64,000 nt of DNA, taken from the NCBI GenBank assembly GCA_965279375.1, contig OZ257156.1:4192001-4256000 (forward strand), written 5' to 3'. Both the position numbers and the translations under genes were made by a program. Under the pieces are notes generated by a model. It had not been told where the DNA came from and searched no databases. It worked only from the letters and a program-made list of their open reading frames with translations. This document shows, in pieces, positions 38,705-47,615 of the stretch (position 1 is its first letter; the number at the start of each line of letters is the position of its first letter). This DNA is from Gemmatimonas sp. GTDB taxonomy: Bacteria > Gemmatimonadota > Gemmatimonadetes > Gemmatimonadales > Gemmatimonadaceae.

Positions 38705-39721
38705 ATGCGTACCCTGACCAAGTTCGTTCTCGGCACCTCGCTCACACTCGCCATTCCGGCCACGGCGTTTGCGCAGCGTCAAGGCGCCCTCGAGATCGGC
38801 GGCTTCGGGCGCTATACGAAGTTCGCGGACACGCTCAAGATCGACGGCGCCCTCGGCGCTGGCGGCCGCGCGGGCATGTACATCTTCAAGAACCTGCTCC
38901 TCGAAATGGAGCTCAGCTACGGCACGGCTGACGTACAGAACCCGCGCATCGACACGCTCAACACCGTGTCGCATCCGCTGTGGGCGTACCGTCTGACGTA
39001 CAACCAGCCGCTCAGCGACCGCGTGAAGCTCCTCCTCGGTGGCGGCTATGCGTATGACTCGTACGGCCGTGTCCGTACCGTCGCCCCTCGTGGTGGTGGC
39101 CCGCAGGCGCTCGCCGGTCTTCGCTTCATCATCAACGATCGTCTCTCGGCCCGCGTCGAAGGCACCGGCACGTACGTCATGCCGTCCGACAAGGACGCCC
39201 TCCCCGGCGGCCGCGCGACCGGTCTGAACCTCGGCGCCCAGGCTGGTCTGAGCGTCTCGTTCTTCACGCAGGGCCCGAAGATCGTCAAGCCGGACACGGT
39301 CATCCGTGAGCGCGTCATGCACGACACCGTGTATGTCCGCCGCATCGACACCGTGAAGGTTGCCGGACCGGCGTCCCGCCCGGTGGTCATCGGCGCGGTC
39401 AACTTCGGCTTCAACAAGTCCGACATCACGCCGGAAGCCAAGCGTATCCTCGACATGATCGCCGAGTCGCTGGTTGACCCGACGAACGCGTCGCGCACCA
39501 TCACCGTCACGGGCAACACCGACGCGATTGGCAGCGAGCGCTACAACGAGAAGCTGGGTCAGGACCGCGCCGATCAGGCCAAGGCCTACCTGGTCTCGAA
39601 GGGTGTCGCCGAGTCGCGCATCGTGGCCCGGACGCAGGGTGAGAAGGATCCCCTCGCGCCGAACACGTCCGACAACGGCCGCGCGACCAACCGTCGCGTG
39701 CTGGTGATGCTGACGAATTGA
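38705..39721 (+). CDS. OmpA family outer membrane protein
   Basis: Strong RBS GGGAGG, signal peptide, beta-barrel N-domain, VNFGFNKS...GNTDAIGS..YNEKLGQDRA...NRRV. Confidence 0.92.
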   Translation: MRTLTKFVLGTSLTLAIPATAFAQRQGALEIGGFGRYTKFADTLKIDGALGAGGRAGMYIFKNLLLEMELSYGTADVQNPRIDTLNTVSHPLWAYRLTYNQPLSDRVKLLLGGGYAYDSYGRVRTVAPRGGGPQALAGLRFIINDRLSARVEGTGTYVMPSDKDALPGGRATGLNLGAQAGLSVSFFTQGPKIVKPDTVIRERVMHDTVYVRRIDTVKVAGPASRPVVIGAVNFGFNKSDITPEAKRILDMIAESLVDPTNASRTITVTGNTDAIGSERYNEKLGQDRADQAKAYLVSKGVAESRIVARTQGEKDPLAPNTSDNGRATNRRVLVMLTN

Positions 39722-39757
39722 TCATCGTCGAGAGCCCTCGCGCTCTCCCGGTGTGTC

Positions 39758-39801
39758 AACGACGCCGCGTCGATCTTCGGATCGGCGCGGCGTTCGTCTT
39801 T
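39758..39801 (+). terminator. intrinsic terminator after ompA
   Basis: GACGCCGCGTCGATC-ttcg-GATCGGCGCGGCGTT followed by CGTCTTT. Confidence 0.7.
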
Positions 39802-39827
39802 CGTGCCATTAGATTGCCAGCGCACCC

Positions 39828-40760
39828 ATGGCCGATTCCCCACGCGTTCCGACGCTCTCCCATCGACTCGAGTACGGCGCCACCCGCGCCGCCGTCGCCG
39901 TCCTTCGCCTCGTCAGCTGGCGGGCTTCGAGCGCCGTCGGCGCCTTCCTCGGCCGACTCGCCTACAGCCTCTTCGGCATCCGGCGCGGGGTCACCGAACG
40001 GCAGATCGCTGCAGCCTTCCCATCGCTAAGCCCAGCCGAAGTCGAGTCGACCGCGCGTCGATCGTACGAGAGCATCGGCCGCACGTTCATCGAGACGGCA
40101 GTCCTTCCCGGCACTCCCATCCAGGGCATCCTCGACCGCTTCGAGGAGATCGACGGCTGGGAGCATCTGGAAGCCGCACAGGCGCTCGGCAAGGGCGTCA
40201 TCATCGTCACCGGGCATCTCGGCAACTGGGAGCTGGGCGGTGCCTACGTGGCGGCGCGTGGCGTGCCTCTGGACGTCGTGGCGCGCGGCATGGCCAATCC
40301 GATCATGGAGGAGTACGTGCGCGTCACGCGTAACGAGATCGGCATGGCCGTCGTGCACGATTCTCAGGCGGTGAGACAAACCCCGCGAGCGCTCCGCGAA
40401 GGCCGCGTCGTGGCGATGGTCAGCGATCACGACGCGCTGGGTCTCGCCAGTACGTTCGTTCCGTTTTTTGGCAGACCGGCGAAGACACCTCGCGGCCCAG
40501 CAGTGTTCGCACTGCGCCTCGGCGTGCCGTTGGTTTTTGTGTCGCCGGTGCGCGAGAAGAGCGGACGCTACGCGCTGCGCATCGAACCGGTGCCGGTGGT
40601 GGAGACGGGTGACCGCGAAGCGGATGTGGACGCGATTGTTCTCGCCTACACGCAGATTCTGGAGCGGCTGATCCGGCGTTACCCGGACCAGTATTTCTGG
40701 CAGCACCGTCGCTGGCGGCGACAGCCCGATGACACGCCGGCCCATCTCCGCGAGCCATGA
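39828..40760 (+). CDS. lipid A acyltransferase (LpxL/HtrB family)
   Basis: VTGHLGNWE, VPFFG, PDQYFWQHRRW. Confidence 0.88.
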   Translation: MADSPRVPTLSHRLEYGATRAAVAVLRLVSWRASSAVGAFLGRLAYSLFGIRRGVTERQIAAAFPSLSPAEVESTARRSYESIGRTFIETAVLPGTPIQGILDRFEEIDGWEHLEAAQALGKGVIIVTGHLGNWELGGAYVAARGVPLDVVARGMANPIMEEYVRVTRNEIGMAVVHDSQAVRQTPRALREGRVVAMVSDHDALGLASTFVPFFGRPAKTPRGPAVFALRLGVPLVFVSPVREKSGRYALRIEPVPVVETGDREADVDAIVLAYTQILERLIRRYPDQYFWQHRRWRRQPDDTPAHLREP

Positions 40761-41479
40761 GCAAGCCGTCGATCGCGAGACGTGTGTTCTCGCTGCCCGC
40801 GCGTGGATGGAAGCGCTGGTTCAAGCTGCTGGTGCTCACGGGAACGACCCTGCTCTTTGCCCCGGTGCCGATCATCCTGCTCCTTGGCGTGGTGCAGCCG
40901 CCGGTCACCTCAGTGATGCTGCAGCGCACCGTAGCGCGGCTCTTTCAGGGCGAGCGCCCCGTCTGGCCCCGCCACGAGACCGTGGGGCGCTCGCAGATCT
41001 CCGGCAACTTGCGACGCGCCGTGCTGGTGTCTGAGGACGATCGGTTCTACCTGCACCACGGCATCGACTTCGTCGAGATCGAACGCGCGCTGGCGCGGAA
41101 GCGGGCCGGCGGGAAACTGCGCGGCGCCTCTACTCTGACGCAGCAGGTGGCCAAGAACATCTTCCTCTGGAACGGGCGCTCGTTCGTGCGCAAAGGGCTC
41201 GAAGCGTACGTCGCGCTGTGGCTCGACCTCCTGCTGCCCAAGGAACGCATCCTCGATCTGTACCTCAACCTGGCCGAGTGGGGGCCGGGAGTGTTCGGTG
41301 CAGAGGCAGCGGCCCGCGTGCACTTTGGGAAAAGCGCCGCGAGCCTGACCAGGGATCAGGCGGCACGGTTGGCTGCAATCTTGCCGTCTCCTCGTCGCTG
41401 GCCGCCGAATGGCAGCATCGCGACCCGTCGCGCCGCGCTCATTCTTTCCCGCATGCAATACGCCGCGCCGAGACCGTAG
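40757..41479 (+). CDS. mtgA: monofunctional peptidoglycan transglycosylase
   Basis: SEDDRFYLHHGID, RGASTLTQQVAKN, RKGLE, YLNLAEWG, LAAILPSP. Confidence 0.93.
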   Translation: MSKPSIARRVFSLPARGWKRWFKLLVLTGTTLLFAPVPIILLLGVVQPPVTSVMLQRTVARLFQGERPVWPRHETVGRSQISGNLRRAVLVSEDDRFYLHHGIDFVEIERALARKRAGGKLRGASTLTQQVAKNIFLWNGRSFVRKGLEAYVALWLDLLLPKERILDLYLNLAEWGPGVFGAEAAARVHFGKSAASLTRDQAARLAAILPSPRRWPPNGSIATRRAALILSRMQYAAPRP

Positions 41480-41507
41480 CGGCATTTCTCTCAATGGGGC
41501 GCACCGA

Positions 41508-42980
41508 ATGAGACAGCGCTTCGTTCCCCGGTTGGACGCGCGAACCGTCGTGCTCTGCGGCGGACTGACGCTGTTGGCGGCGTGTGGAACCGATACGCTG
41601 CAAGCGCCGGCGCCGCGCCCGGGCAGGGCTGTCGTCGCCGCCGATTCACTGCCGGCGATGGGACTGTCGGTGGTGGACACACCGATTCGCTATGCATTGG
41701 AGCCGGCCCTCGCCGCGCTCGAGCAAGCAGTACCGCGTCGCTTTGGTGACATAGAGAAGCGCATCGGCATTCCGTCCAACTCACGGCAGCAGGTGGCGTT
41801 TCAAGCCACGCGGACGCCGTTTCGCGTTGCGTTCGACGGACAAGAGCTCACCCTGAGCAGCACCGTCAGCTATCAGGGACGCGGGTGGTACAAGCCACCG
41901 CTCGCGCCGACCATCAGCTCCTCCTGTGGCACCGACGGACCGCAGCCGCGCCTGCGCATCGTGGTGAAGATCGACGTGGACCTCCAGCGCGACTGGAAGC
42001 TGCGCACGCGCAGTCGCCTACCCACGGTGCGTCCCGAAACGATGACGGATCGCGACGCGTGCAAGGTGACGATGTTCAAGATTGACGTCACCGATCGCGT
42101 CGTCGGGACGGTGCGCTCGCTGCTCGAGCAGCGGCTACCCCGGATCGACCGACAGATCGCGTCATTCGACGTGCGCACGCGCATGGATCGCTGGTACAAC
42201 CTGCTCAACAAGAGCATCCGTGTGCACGACAGTCTGTGGCTCGTGCTCTCGCCGCAGCAGGTGCGGCTCGGCGGGCTTCGTCTCGCCGACGACGCGCTGA
42301 TCGCCGATGTGCGCCTCTACGCGCAGCCCGCCCTGATCTCCGGATCGCGTCCTCCGCGCATGCAGACGCCATTGCCACCGCTCGACCGGGCGGTGCGCGA
42401 TGTCGGCGACAGCGCGATGCTACGGCTCCAGGGGCTCATGCCATACGCGTTGGCGAGCGACATGCTCACCAAGGAGCTGGTGGGACGGAAGGTGCGTCGC
42501 TACGGCCGATCGCTCCAACTCTCGGCGCTGCGTGTGTATCCGCTGGGCGACGGGCGTCTGGTGCTCGAGGTGGGCGTGAAAGGGGATATCGTCGGTAACG
42601 CCTATCTGGTGGGCACGCCGCGACTCGACACGCTGACCCGCATGCTTACCGTGCCAGACCTCGATTTCGACGTGGCGACGGCCGATGCATTGGTGAGCGG
42701 ACTGGCGTGGCTTCGAAAGGCGGATCTTGTCGCACAGCTTCGTGAGCGGGCCCGTCTACCGCTCGATCCGCTGCTGGACGCCACGCGAAAACAGGTGCAG
42801 TCGGCGATCAACCGGGAATTGGCGCCGGGCGTGCGACTCTCCGGGCAGGTGCACACGGGGCGGCTGGTGGATGTCGCGGTTTTGCCCGACTGGCTGGTGG
42901 TACGCGCGGAGGCCACTGGCTCGCTCGGTCTCGAACTGGACCGTGAAATCGAGGTGCGCAAGCGACGCCGCGCTCGGTGA
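41508..42980 (+). CDS. DUF4403-like lipoprotein
   Basis: LLAAC lipobox, SCG, DVTDRV, WLVLSP, YLVGTP..D....L..DLDFD pattern. Confidence 0.65.
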   Translation: MRQRFVPRLDARTVVLCGGLTLLAACGTDTLQAPAPRPGRAVVAADSLPAMGLSVVDTPIRYALEPALAALEQAVPRRFGDIEKRIGIPSNSRQQVAFQATRTPFRVAFDGQELTLSSTVSYQGRGWYKPPLAPTISSSCGTDGPQPRLRIVVKIDVDLQRDWKLRTRSRLPTVRPETMTDRDACKVTMFKIDVTDRVVGTVRSLLEQRLPRIDRQIASFDVRTRMDRWYNLLNKSIRVHDSLWLVLSPQQVRLGGLRLADDALIADVRLYAQPALISGSRPPRMQTPLPPLDRAVRDVGDSAMLRLQGLMPYALASDMLTKELVGRKVRRYGRSLQLSALRVYPLGDGRLVLEVGVKGDIVGNAYLVGTPRLDTLTRMLTVPDLDFDVATADALVSGLAWLRKADLVAQLRERARLPLDPLLDATRKQVQSAINRELAPGVRLSGQVHTGRLVDVAVLPDWLVVRAEATGSLGLELDREIEVRKRRRAR

Positions 42981-43168
42981 TGCGGCGAACGGTGATGCGG
43001 GTGCGGCCGCTCCCTTGTCCCCGTCTTGCCCGTGATTATCGTGCGCGGATGACCACATTCTCACGGACAGTCGCCGCGACACCGTCGCAGCCGCAGACCC
43101 TTTCGCAGCCGCTCACCGTTTTGCCCTCTCTGTCGAGTGCGCCGTCGCGGCATCTGCTGCGTAGCGCG

Positions 43169-44281
43169 ATGGTGACGCGTGCAGTTGCCATGCTCAGCGG
43201 CGTGCTGCTGCTCACGAGTGCACCGGTGTTGTCGGCGCAGGATTCGACGTCGCGCCCGCCCAAGAGCGAGGCCGGCGCATCGACATCGAGCGGGTCGTCA
43301 AAATCGAAGAGCAAAGCCGGCGCGGCCAAGAAGAGCACGAAGGCGAAGTCATCGACGCGCAAGAAGTCCGGCTCAACGCAGGACACGATCAAACGGACCG
43401 TTGGCGCGCTTGGTCCGCAGTCAGGGGACTTGCACCTGGCCTATCGCGGCACCGGTAGCGATCTCGATTCACTCTGGCCGCCCAAGATGCCGGCGCCTCT
43501 GCCGGGATCGATCCTGCCGGCCAAGCGCATCATCGCCTTCTACGGCACGCCCGCATCCAATCGCATGGGCATCCTCGGCGAGTTCCCGCCCGACGAGATG
43601 CTGCGCAAGCTCGACGAGGAAGTGGCGGCGTGGAACAAGGCAGATCCGGCGCATCCGGTGCAGCCCGCTCTACACGTGATTGTGGTGGTCGCGCAGGCAG
43701 CGGCTGGGAGCGACGGCAAGTATCGCGCGCGGCTCGACAGCGCGCGCATCGAAAAGGTGTACGGCTGGGCGAAGAGTCGAAACGCGGTGATGTTCATGGA
43801 CATTCAGGTCGGCCTCAGCACGCTGCAGCAGGAGCTTCCCGCCTTCGAGCGCTTCCTCAAACGGCCCGAGGTGCATCTGGGCATCGACCCGGAATTCTCG
43901 ATGAAGAATGGCGGGCGTCCGGGCAAGAAGATCGGCACGTACGACGCCTCTGATGTGAACTATGCGTCGCGCTACCTGCAGGAGTTGGTGGACAAATACA
44001 AGCTGCCGCCCAAGGTGCTGGTGGTGCATCGTTTCACGAAGACCGGCGTGACGAACGCGAACAAGATCGCGCTCGATCCGCGCGTGCAGATCGTGATGCA
44101 CATGGATGGCTTTGGTGCGCCGTGGCTCAAGCGCGACTCGTACTACAGCTACGTGAAGAAGGAGCCGGTGCAGTTTGCTGGCTGGAAGCAGTTCACGAAG
44201 CTGCGCAACGACAACCCGTCCACGTCGCGTGAAGCAATTTTGCGTCTCTGGCCCACTCCGCTGTATATCCAGCTGCAGTAG
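43169..44281 (+). CDS. uncharacterised secreted protein with Lys/Ser-rich linker and a probable TIM-barrel domain
   Basis: Signal peptide (VLSA-QD), RIIAFYG, MDIQVG, HLGIDPEF, MDGFG. Start may instead be 43049. Confidence 0.7.
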   Translation: MVTRAVAMLSGVLLLTSAPVLSAQDSTSRPPKSEAGASTSSGSSKSKSKAGAAKKSTKAKSSTRKKSGSTQDTIKRTVGALGPQSGDLHLAYRGTGSDLDSLWPPKMPAPLPGSILPAKRIIAFYGTPASNRMGILGEFPPDEMLRKLDEEVAAWNKADPAHPVQPALHVIVVVAQAAAGSDGKYRARLDSARIEKVYGWAKSRNAVMFMDIQVGLSTLQQELPAFERFLKRPEVHLGIDPEFSMKNGGRPGKKIGTYDASDVNYASRYLQELVDKYKLPPKVLVVHRFTKTGVTNANKIALDPRVQIVMHMDGFGAPWLKRDSYYSYVKKEPVQFAGWKQFTKLRNDNPSTSREAILRLWPTPLYIQLQ

Positions 44282-44303
44282 AGCTGCAATAGAGCTGCAA
44301 TAG
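44271..44303 (+). repeat. 11-bp tandem repeat x3 at a gene end
   Basis: AGCTGCAGTAG AGCTGCAATAG AGCTGCAATAG. Confidence 0.8.
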
Positions 44304-44361
44304 ATCCCGCCCCCACCCCAGCGTCGCGCCTGCCGCGTTCGCGCTCTCGGAGAAGATCGCC

Positions 44362-45246
44362 ATGCCGGAAGAGATCACGCGCCGATCGGCGCTGCTGCAG
44401 ATGGGGGCAACGGCGGTGAGTGCCGCCGCCGTCGGGTCGGTGTGGCCCGCGCAGGACGCCGAAGCGTCAACAACGCGACCGACGGGACATGGGCGACTGC
44501 ATCAGGGCGTGTCGCGCTGGTGCTACGGCTCGATACCGTTGGATGATCTCTGTCGCGCGGCGCAGGCGATGCACATCGAAGGCATCGACCTGCTGGACGA
44601 AAAGGATTGGGCCACGCCGGCGAAGTACCGCATGGTCTGTTCGATGGCCAACGGCTTCGGCACGATCCCCAAGGGATTCAATCGTCCCGACCTGCACGAC
44701 CAGCTGGTGGCCGCTGGTTCCGCGATGATTCCGAAGGCGGCCGCCGCGGGCGTCGAGCGCATCGTCTGCTTCAGCGGGAATCGCGAAGGCATGTCCGACG
44801 GGGAAGGCATCGCCAACTGCATCACGGGTCTCAAGCGACTCGCGCCGCTCGCGGAAAAGCATGGCGTGACGCTCTGCCTCGAGTTGCTCAACAGCAAGGT
44901 CGATCACGCCGACTATCACGCCGACCACACCGACTGGGGCGTGCAGGTGATCAAGGGCGTGAACTCACCTCGCGTGCGCCTGCTGTACGACATCTATCAC
45001 ATGCAGGTCATGGAAGGGAATGTCATCGCCACGATCAAGGCGAACGCACCATACATCGCGCACTTCCATACGGGCGGCGTGCCGGGGCGAAACGACATCG
45101 ATGACACGCAGGAGCTGAACTATCGGCTGGTGGCGGAGACGATCGCGAATCTGGGATTCCAGGGTTTCTTCTCGCACGAGTTCGTGCCGAAGCTGACTCC
45201 GCCGCTGCAGTCGTTGCGCAATGCGGTGGAGCTGTGCGAGGTCTGA
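44362..45246 (+). CDS. hydroxypyruvate isomerase (Hyi)/AP endonuclease 2 family TIM-barrel protein with Tat-like signal
   Basis: TRRSALL, CLELLNSKVDH, LLYDIYHMQVMEG, HFHTGGVPGR, HEF. Confidence 0.88.
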   Translation: MPEEITRRSALLQMGATAVSAAAVGSVWPAQDAEASTTRPTGHGRLHQGVSRWCYGSIPLDDLCRAAQAMHIEGIDLLDEKDWATPAKYRMVCSMANGFGTIPKGFNRPDLHDQLVAAGSAMIPKAAAAGVERIVCFSGNREGMSDGEGIANCITGLKRLAPLAEKHGVTLCLELLNSKVDHADYHADHTDWGVQVIKGVNSPRVRLLYDIYHMQVMEGNVIATIKANAPYIAHFHTGGVPGRNDIDDTQELNYRLVAETIANLGFQGFFSHEFVPKLTPPLQSLRNAVELCEV

Positions 45247-45260
45247 CCCGTCGTACTCTC

Positions 45261-45545
45261 CCGTAACCGGTCGCGCCGTTCGCTTCTCGGTAACCGGTGA
45301 CGCCGTTCGCTCCACTGATCTCCCGCCACTCACCACCCGTAGCCCCCAACAGGGTTGTGTCGGGTTGGCGGTCCTCGACCCCGCTTGAACTGCGTGAAAA
45401 ACTCTGAACCGGGGACTGGCCACTGCGCCCTGCCGCCACTCTGACACTGCTCTGTTCCGGGTCGCGAGTCATGGGTGGTGAGTCTTGAGTGGAGCGAACA
45501 GCGTGACCGGTCACCGAACTGCGAACCGCGTTACCGGCAACCGGA
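45261..45545. repeat. nested imperfect long inverted repeat (MITE/REPIN-like element or structured RNA)
   Basis: 45289-45316 vs 45488-45515 are 25/28 complementary; further inner stems; each arm has two units at 27-bp period. Confidence 0.7.
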
Positions 45546-45597
45546 CCGAGAACCGCAGCCACGCGGTGGGCCATCGCATGATCTACGGAAAAAACAG

Positions 45598-45642
45598 TTG
45601 ACAGATTCTCCAAGGGGCTGCATACTACTGGAAGTTCAGTAG
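45598..45642 (+). promoter_or_regulatory. sigma70-type promoter overlapped by a palindromic operator (likely BlaI-family autoregulation)
   Basis: TTGACA-N17-CATACT; CTACTG-gaagtt-CAGTAG at 45625-45642. Confidence 0.7.
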
Positions 45643-45663
45643 CCCACCCTGCGCCCCCGACCC

Positions 45664-46059
45664 ATGGACGAGATCTACTTCCCTCCTCGCGAGCTCGCTG
45701 TCATGAGCAGCCTTTGGCGACGAGGATCCGCGACGGTCTCCGAGGTCCGCGACGACCTCGACGAGCCGCTCGCCTACACCTCCGTGCTGTCCGCGCTCCA
45801 GACACTCGCTGAGAAGGGCTACGTCCGCCATGAGCCCGAGGGACGGGCCTATCGCTACTTCCCGACCATCGGCGCTGAGCGTGCGGGAACGAGCGCATTG
45901 GCACGCATCCGCGACGCGATCTTTCAGGGCTCCGCGGAACGCATGTTCGCACAGCTGGTCTCTGATCGACAGCTCGATCGCGCCGCACTGGAGCGGATGC
46001 GAACCCTCCTCGCCGAGCGACTCGACGATACGGACGAATCCACCGGAGGTGCCGCATGA
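45664..46059 (+). CDS. BlaI/MecI/CopY family transcriptional repressor
   Basis: RELAVMSSLW, TVSEVRDDL, LAYTSVLSALQTLAEKGYV, GRAYRYFP. Confidence 0.93.
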   Translation: MDEIYFPPRELAVMSSLWRRGSATVSEVRDDLDEPLAYTSVLSALQTLAEKGYVRHEPEGRAYRYFPTIGAERAGTSALARIRDAIFQGSAERMFAQLVSDRQLDRAALERMRTLLAERLDDTDESTGGAA

Positions 46060-47615
46060 TGACCGGATGGCTGGTCTACAGCGTGATCGTCTCGGCGTTG
46101 CTGGCGATCGTCGCGACGCTGCTCCACTTCCTTCGCCGTGAGAGCGGACACGCGGTACGCTGGATCTGGGCGCTGGGCATGCTGGGCGCGCTCGGACTCA
46201 CGGCCGCGGCACCGTCGCGCTCTACGCCAACGCTTCGGCGCGTCGTGGCGGGCGTACCGATCGCCGCGATGCCGGCTGCCATCGAACGAACGCCGACGAT
46301 CCTCGAGCGTAGTCGCGCCGTATTGGACCGTACAGCAGACGCGATGTCGGCGCCCATTCACGCGGTGCTGCGCGCGACCAATCGCCTGCCGCGCGTCGCA
46401 CACTTTGCGGCGTATCTCGCGACGCTGGTGAGCGCGATGGTGGGTGTGCTGGCGCTGGGTACGCTCTATCGCCGTGTGCTGCGCATGCGGGGAACCTGGG
46501 GGCGCGCGACGCTGCTGGGTGTGCCAGTGCGAATTGCCCCTGCGGCGGGACCTGCGGTGATCGGCATTGCGCCGGCGGAGATCGTGGTACCGCAATGGCT
46601 GATGAAACGCGATGCCATCGAACAACAGATGGTGCTGGACCATGAGTTGGCGCATGTGCGGGCGCACGATCCGTTGTTGCTGTTCGCCGCATGCGTCGGC
46701 GTGGCGCTGATGCCGTGGAATCCGGCGATGTGGTACATGCTGTCGCGATTGCGACTGGCTGTTGAACTCGATTGTGATCGTCGGGTGTTGCGCGCTGGGG
46801 CCCCAACGCGCTCATACGCCCAATTGCTCATTGAATTGTCTGCCCATCGTTCGCTCGTCACCGCCGCTGTTCCGTCATTTTCCCACAGCGTTTCTCATCT
46901 CGAACGGAGATTGCTCGCCATGACTGCACGTCGCTCACGTTCTTCCCTGCCCGCTCGACTGGGCGGCGCACTGCTCGCATCTGTTGTACTGCTCGCTGCG
47001 TGCGAGTCGAAGTTGCCCACGTCCGCCGAGCTGGATGGTATGACGGCAGCATCCGCAACGCGCCGCGTGGCGGAAGTCGCGAAGATCGATACCTCGAAGA
47101 CCGTCTATCTGCTCAACGAGCGCGTGGTGACCAAGCAGGAGGCCGAAGCGCTCGCGGCCAGCGCCATCGGCAGCATCGAGGTGGTGCGCGCCACGAACCT
47201 CAAAAAGGCGACGGAGATTCGCATCAAGACCGTCCAGGGCAAGCCGATCGTCGTCGACCGCTCGGCCGGCGATTCCGGCGCGATTCTGTTTCGCACGACG
47301 GGGGACAGTAGCGAATTGAAGATCGTGCCGGGCGGGCCGCTTCCCGAGGCGGGTGCACTCGCGTCAGGCGCTCGGATCCGCGTGCGCGCTGCCGATGGCG
47401 CGCCGTCGGTGGTCGTCAGCGACAAGTCGCGCAAGCCGTTCGACGGATTGCTTGTGATCGATGGCGTGATCACGGCCAGCACGGATCTCAACTCCATCGC
47501 ACCTGATCGCATCGAGAGCATCGAAGTGATCAAGGGCGCCGCTGCCGCCGCGCTCTACAAGAACGAACCGGCCGCCGCCAACGGCGTGATCAAGGTGACA
47601 TTGAAGAAGAAGTAG
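46056..47615 (+). CDS. M56 (BlaR1/MecR1-like) metallopeptidase with C-terminal TonB-receptor plug-like motifs
   Basis: GPAVIG, HELAH, PWNP, ELDCD, LERRL; C-terminal VIDGV...IAPDRIESIEVIKGAAAAALY...[11 protein letters not shown]. Confidence 0.88.
   Translation: MMTGWLVYSVIVSALLAIVATLLHFLRRESGHAVRWIWALGMLGALGLTAAAPSRSTPTLRRVVAGVPIAAMPAAIERTPTILERSRAVLDRTADAMSAPIHAVLRATNRLPRVAHFAAYLATLVSAMVGVLALGTLYRRVLRMRGTWGRATLLGVPVRIAPAAGPAVIGIAPAEIVVPQWLMKRDAIEQQMVLDHELAHVRAHDPLLLFAACVGVALMPWNPAMWYMLSRLRLAVELDCDRRVLRAGAPTRSYAQLLIELSAHRSLVTAAVPSFSHSVSHLERRLLAMTARRSRSSLPARLGGALLASVVLLAACESKLPTSAELDGMTAASATRRVAEVAKIDTSKTVYLLNERVVTKQEAEALAASAIGSIEVVRATNLKKATEIRIKTVQGKPIVVDRSAGDSGAILFRTTGDSSELKIVPGGPLPEAGALASGARIRVRAADGAPSVVVSDKSRKPFDGLLVIDGVITASTDLNSIAPDRIESIEVIKGAAAAALYKNEPAAANGVIKVTLKKK

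Noticed and set aside
44362..44460. Tat-like signal on a Hyi-family isomerase as a novelty
   Set aside because: To my knowledge, twin-arginine N-termini are common in this Hyi-like subgroup
45261..45545. CRISPR array or 6S RNA interpretation of the repeat region
   Set aside because: Only two units per arm in inverted orientation, ~5-nt spacers and no cas genes. It is longer than a typical 6S RNA with no clear central bubble, so it is reported as an unclassified palindrome.
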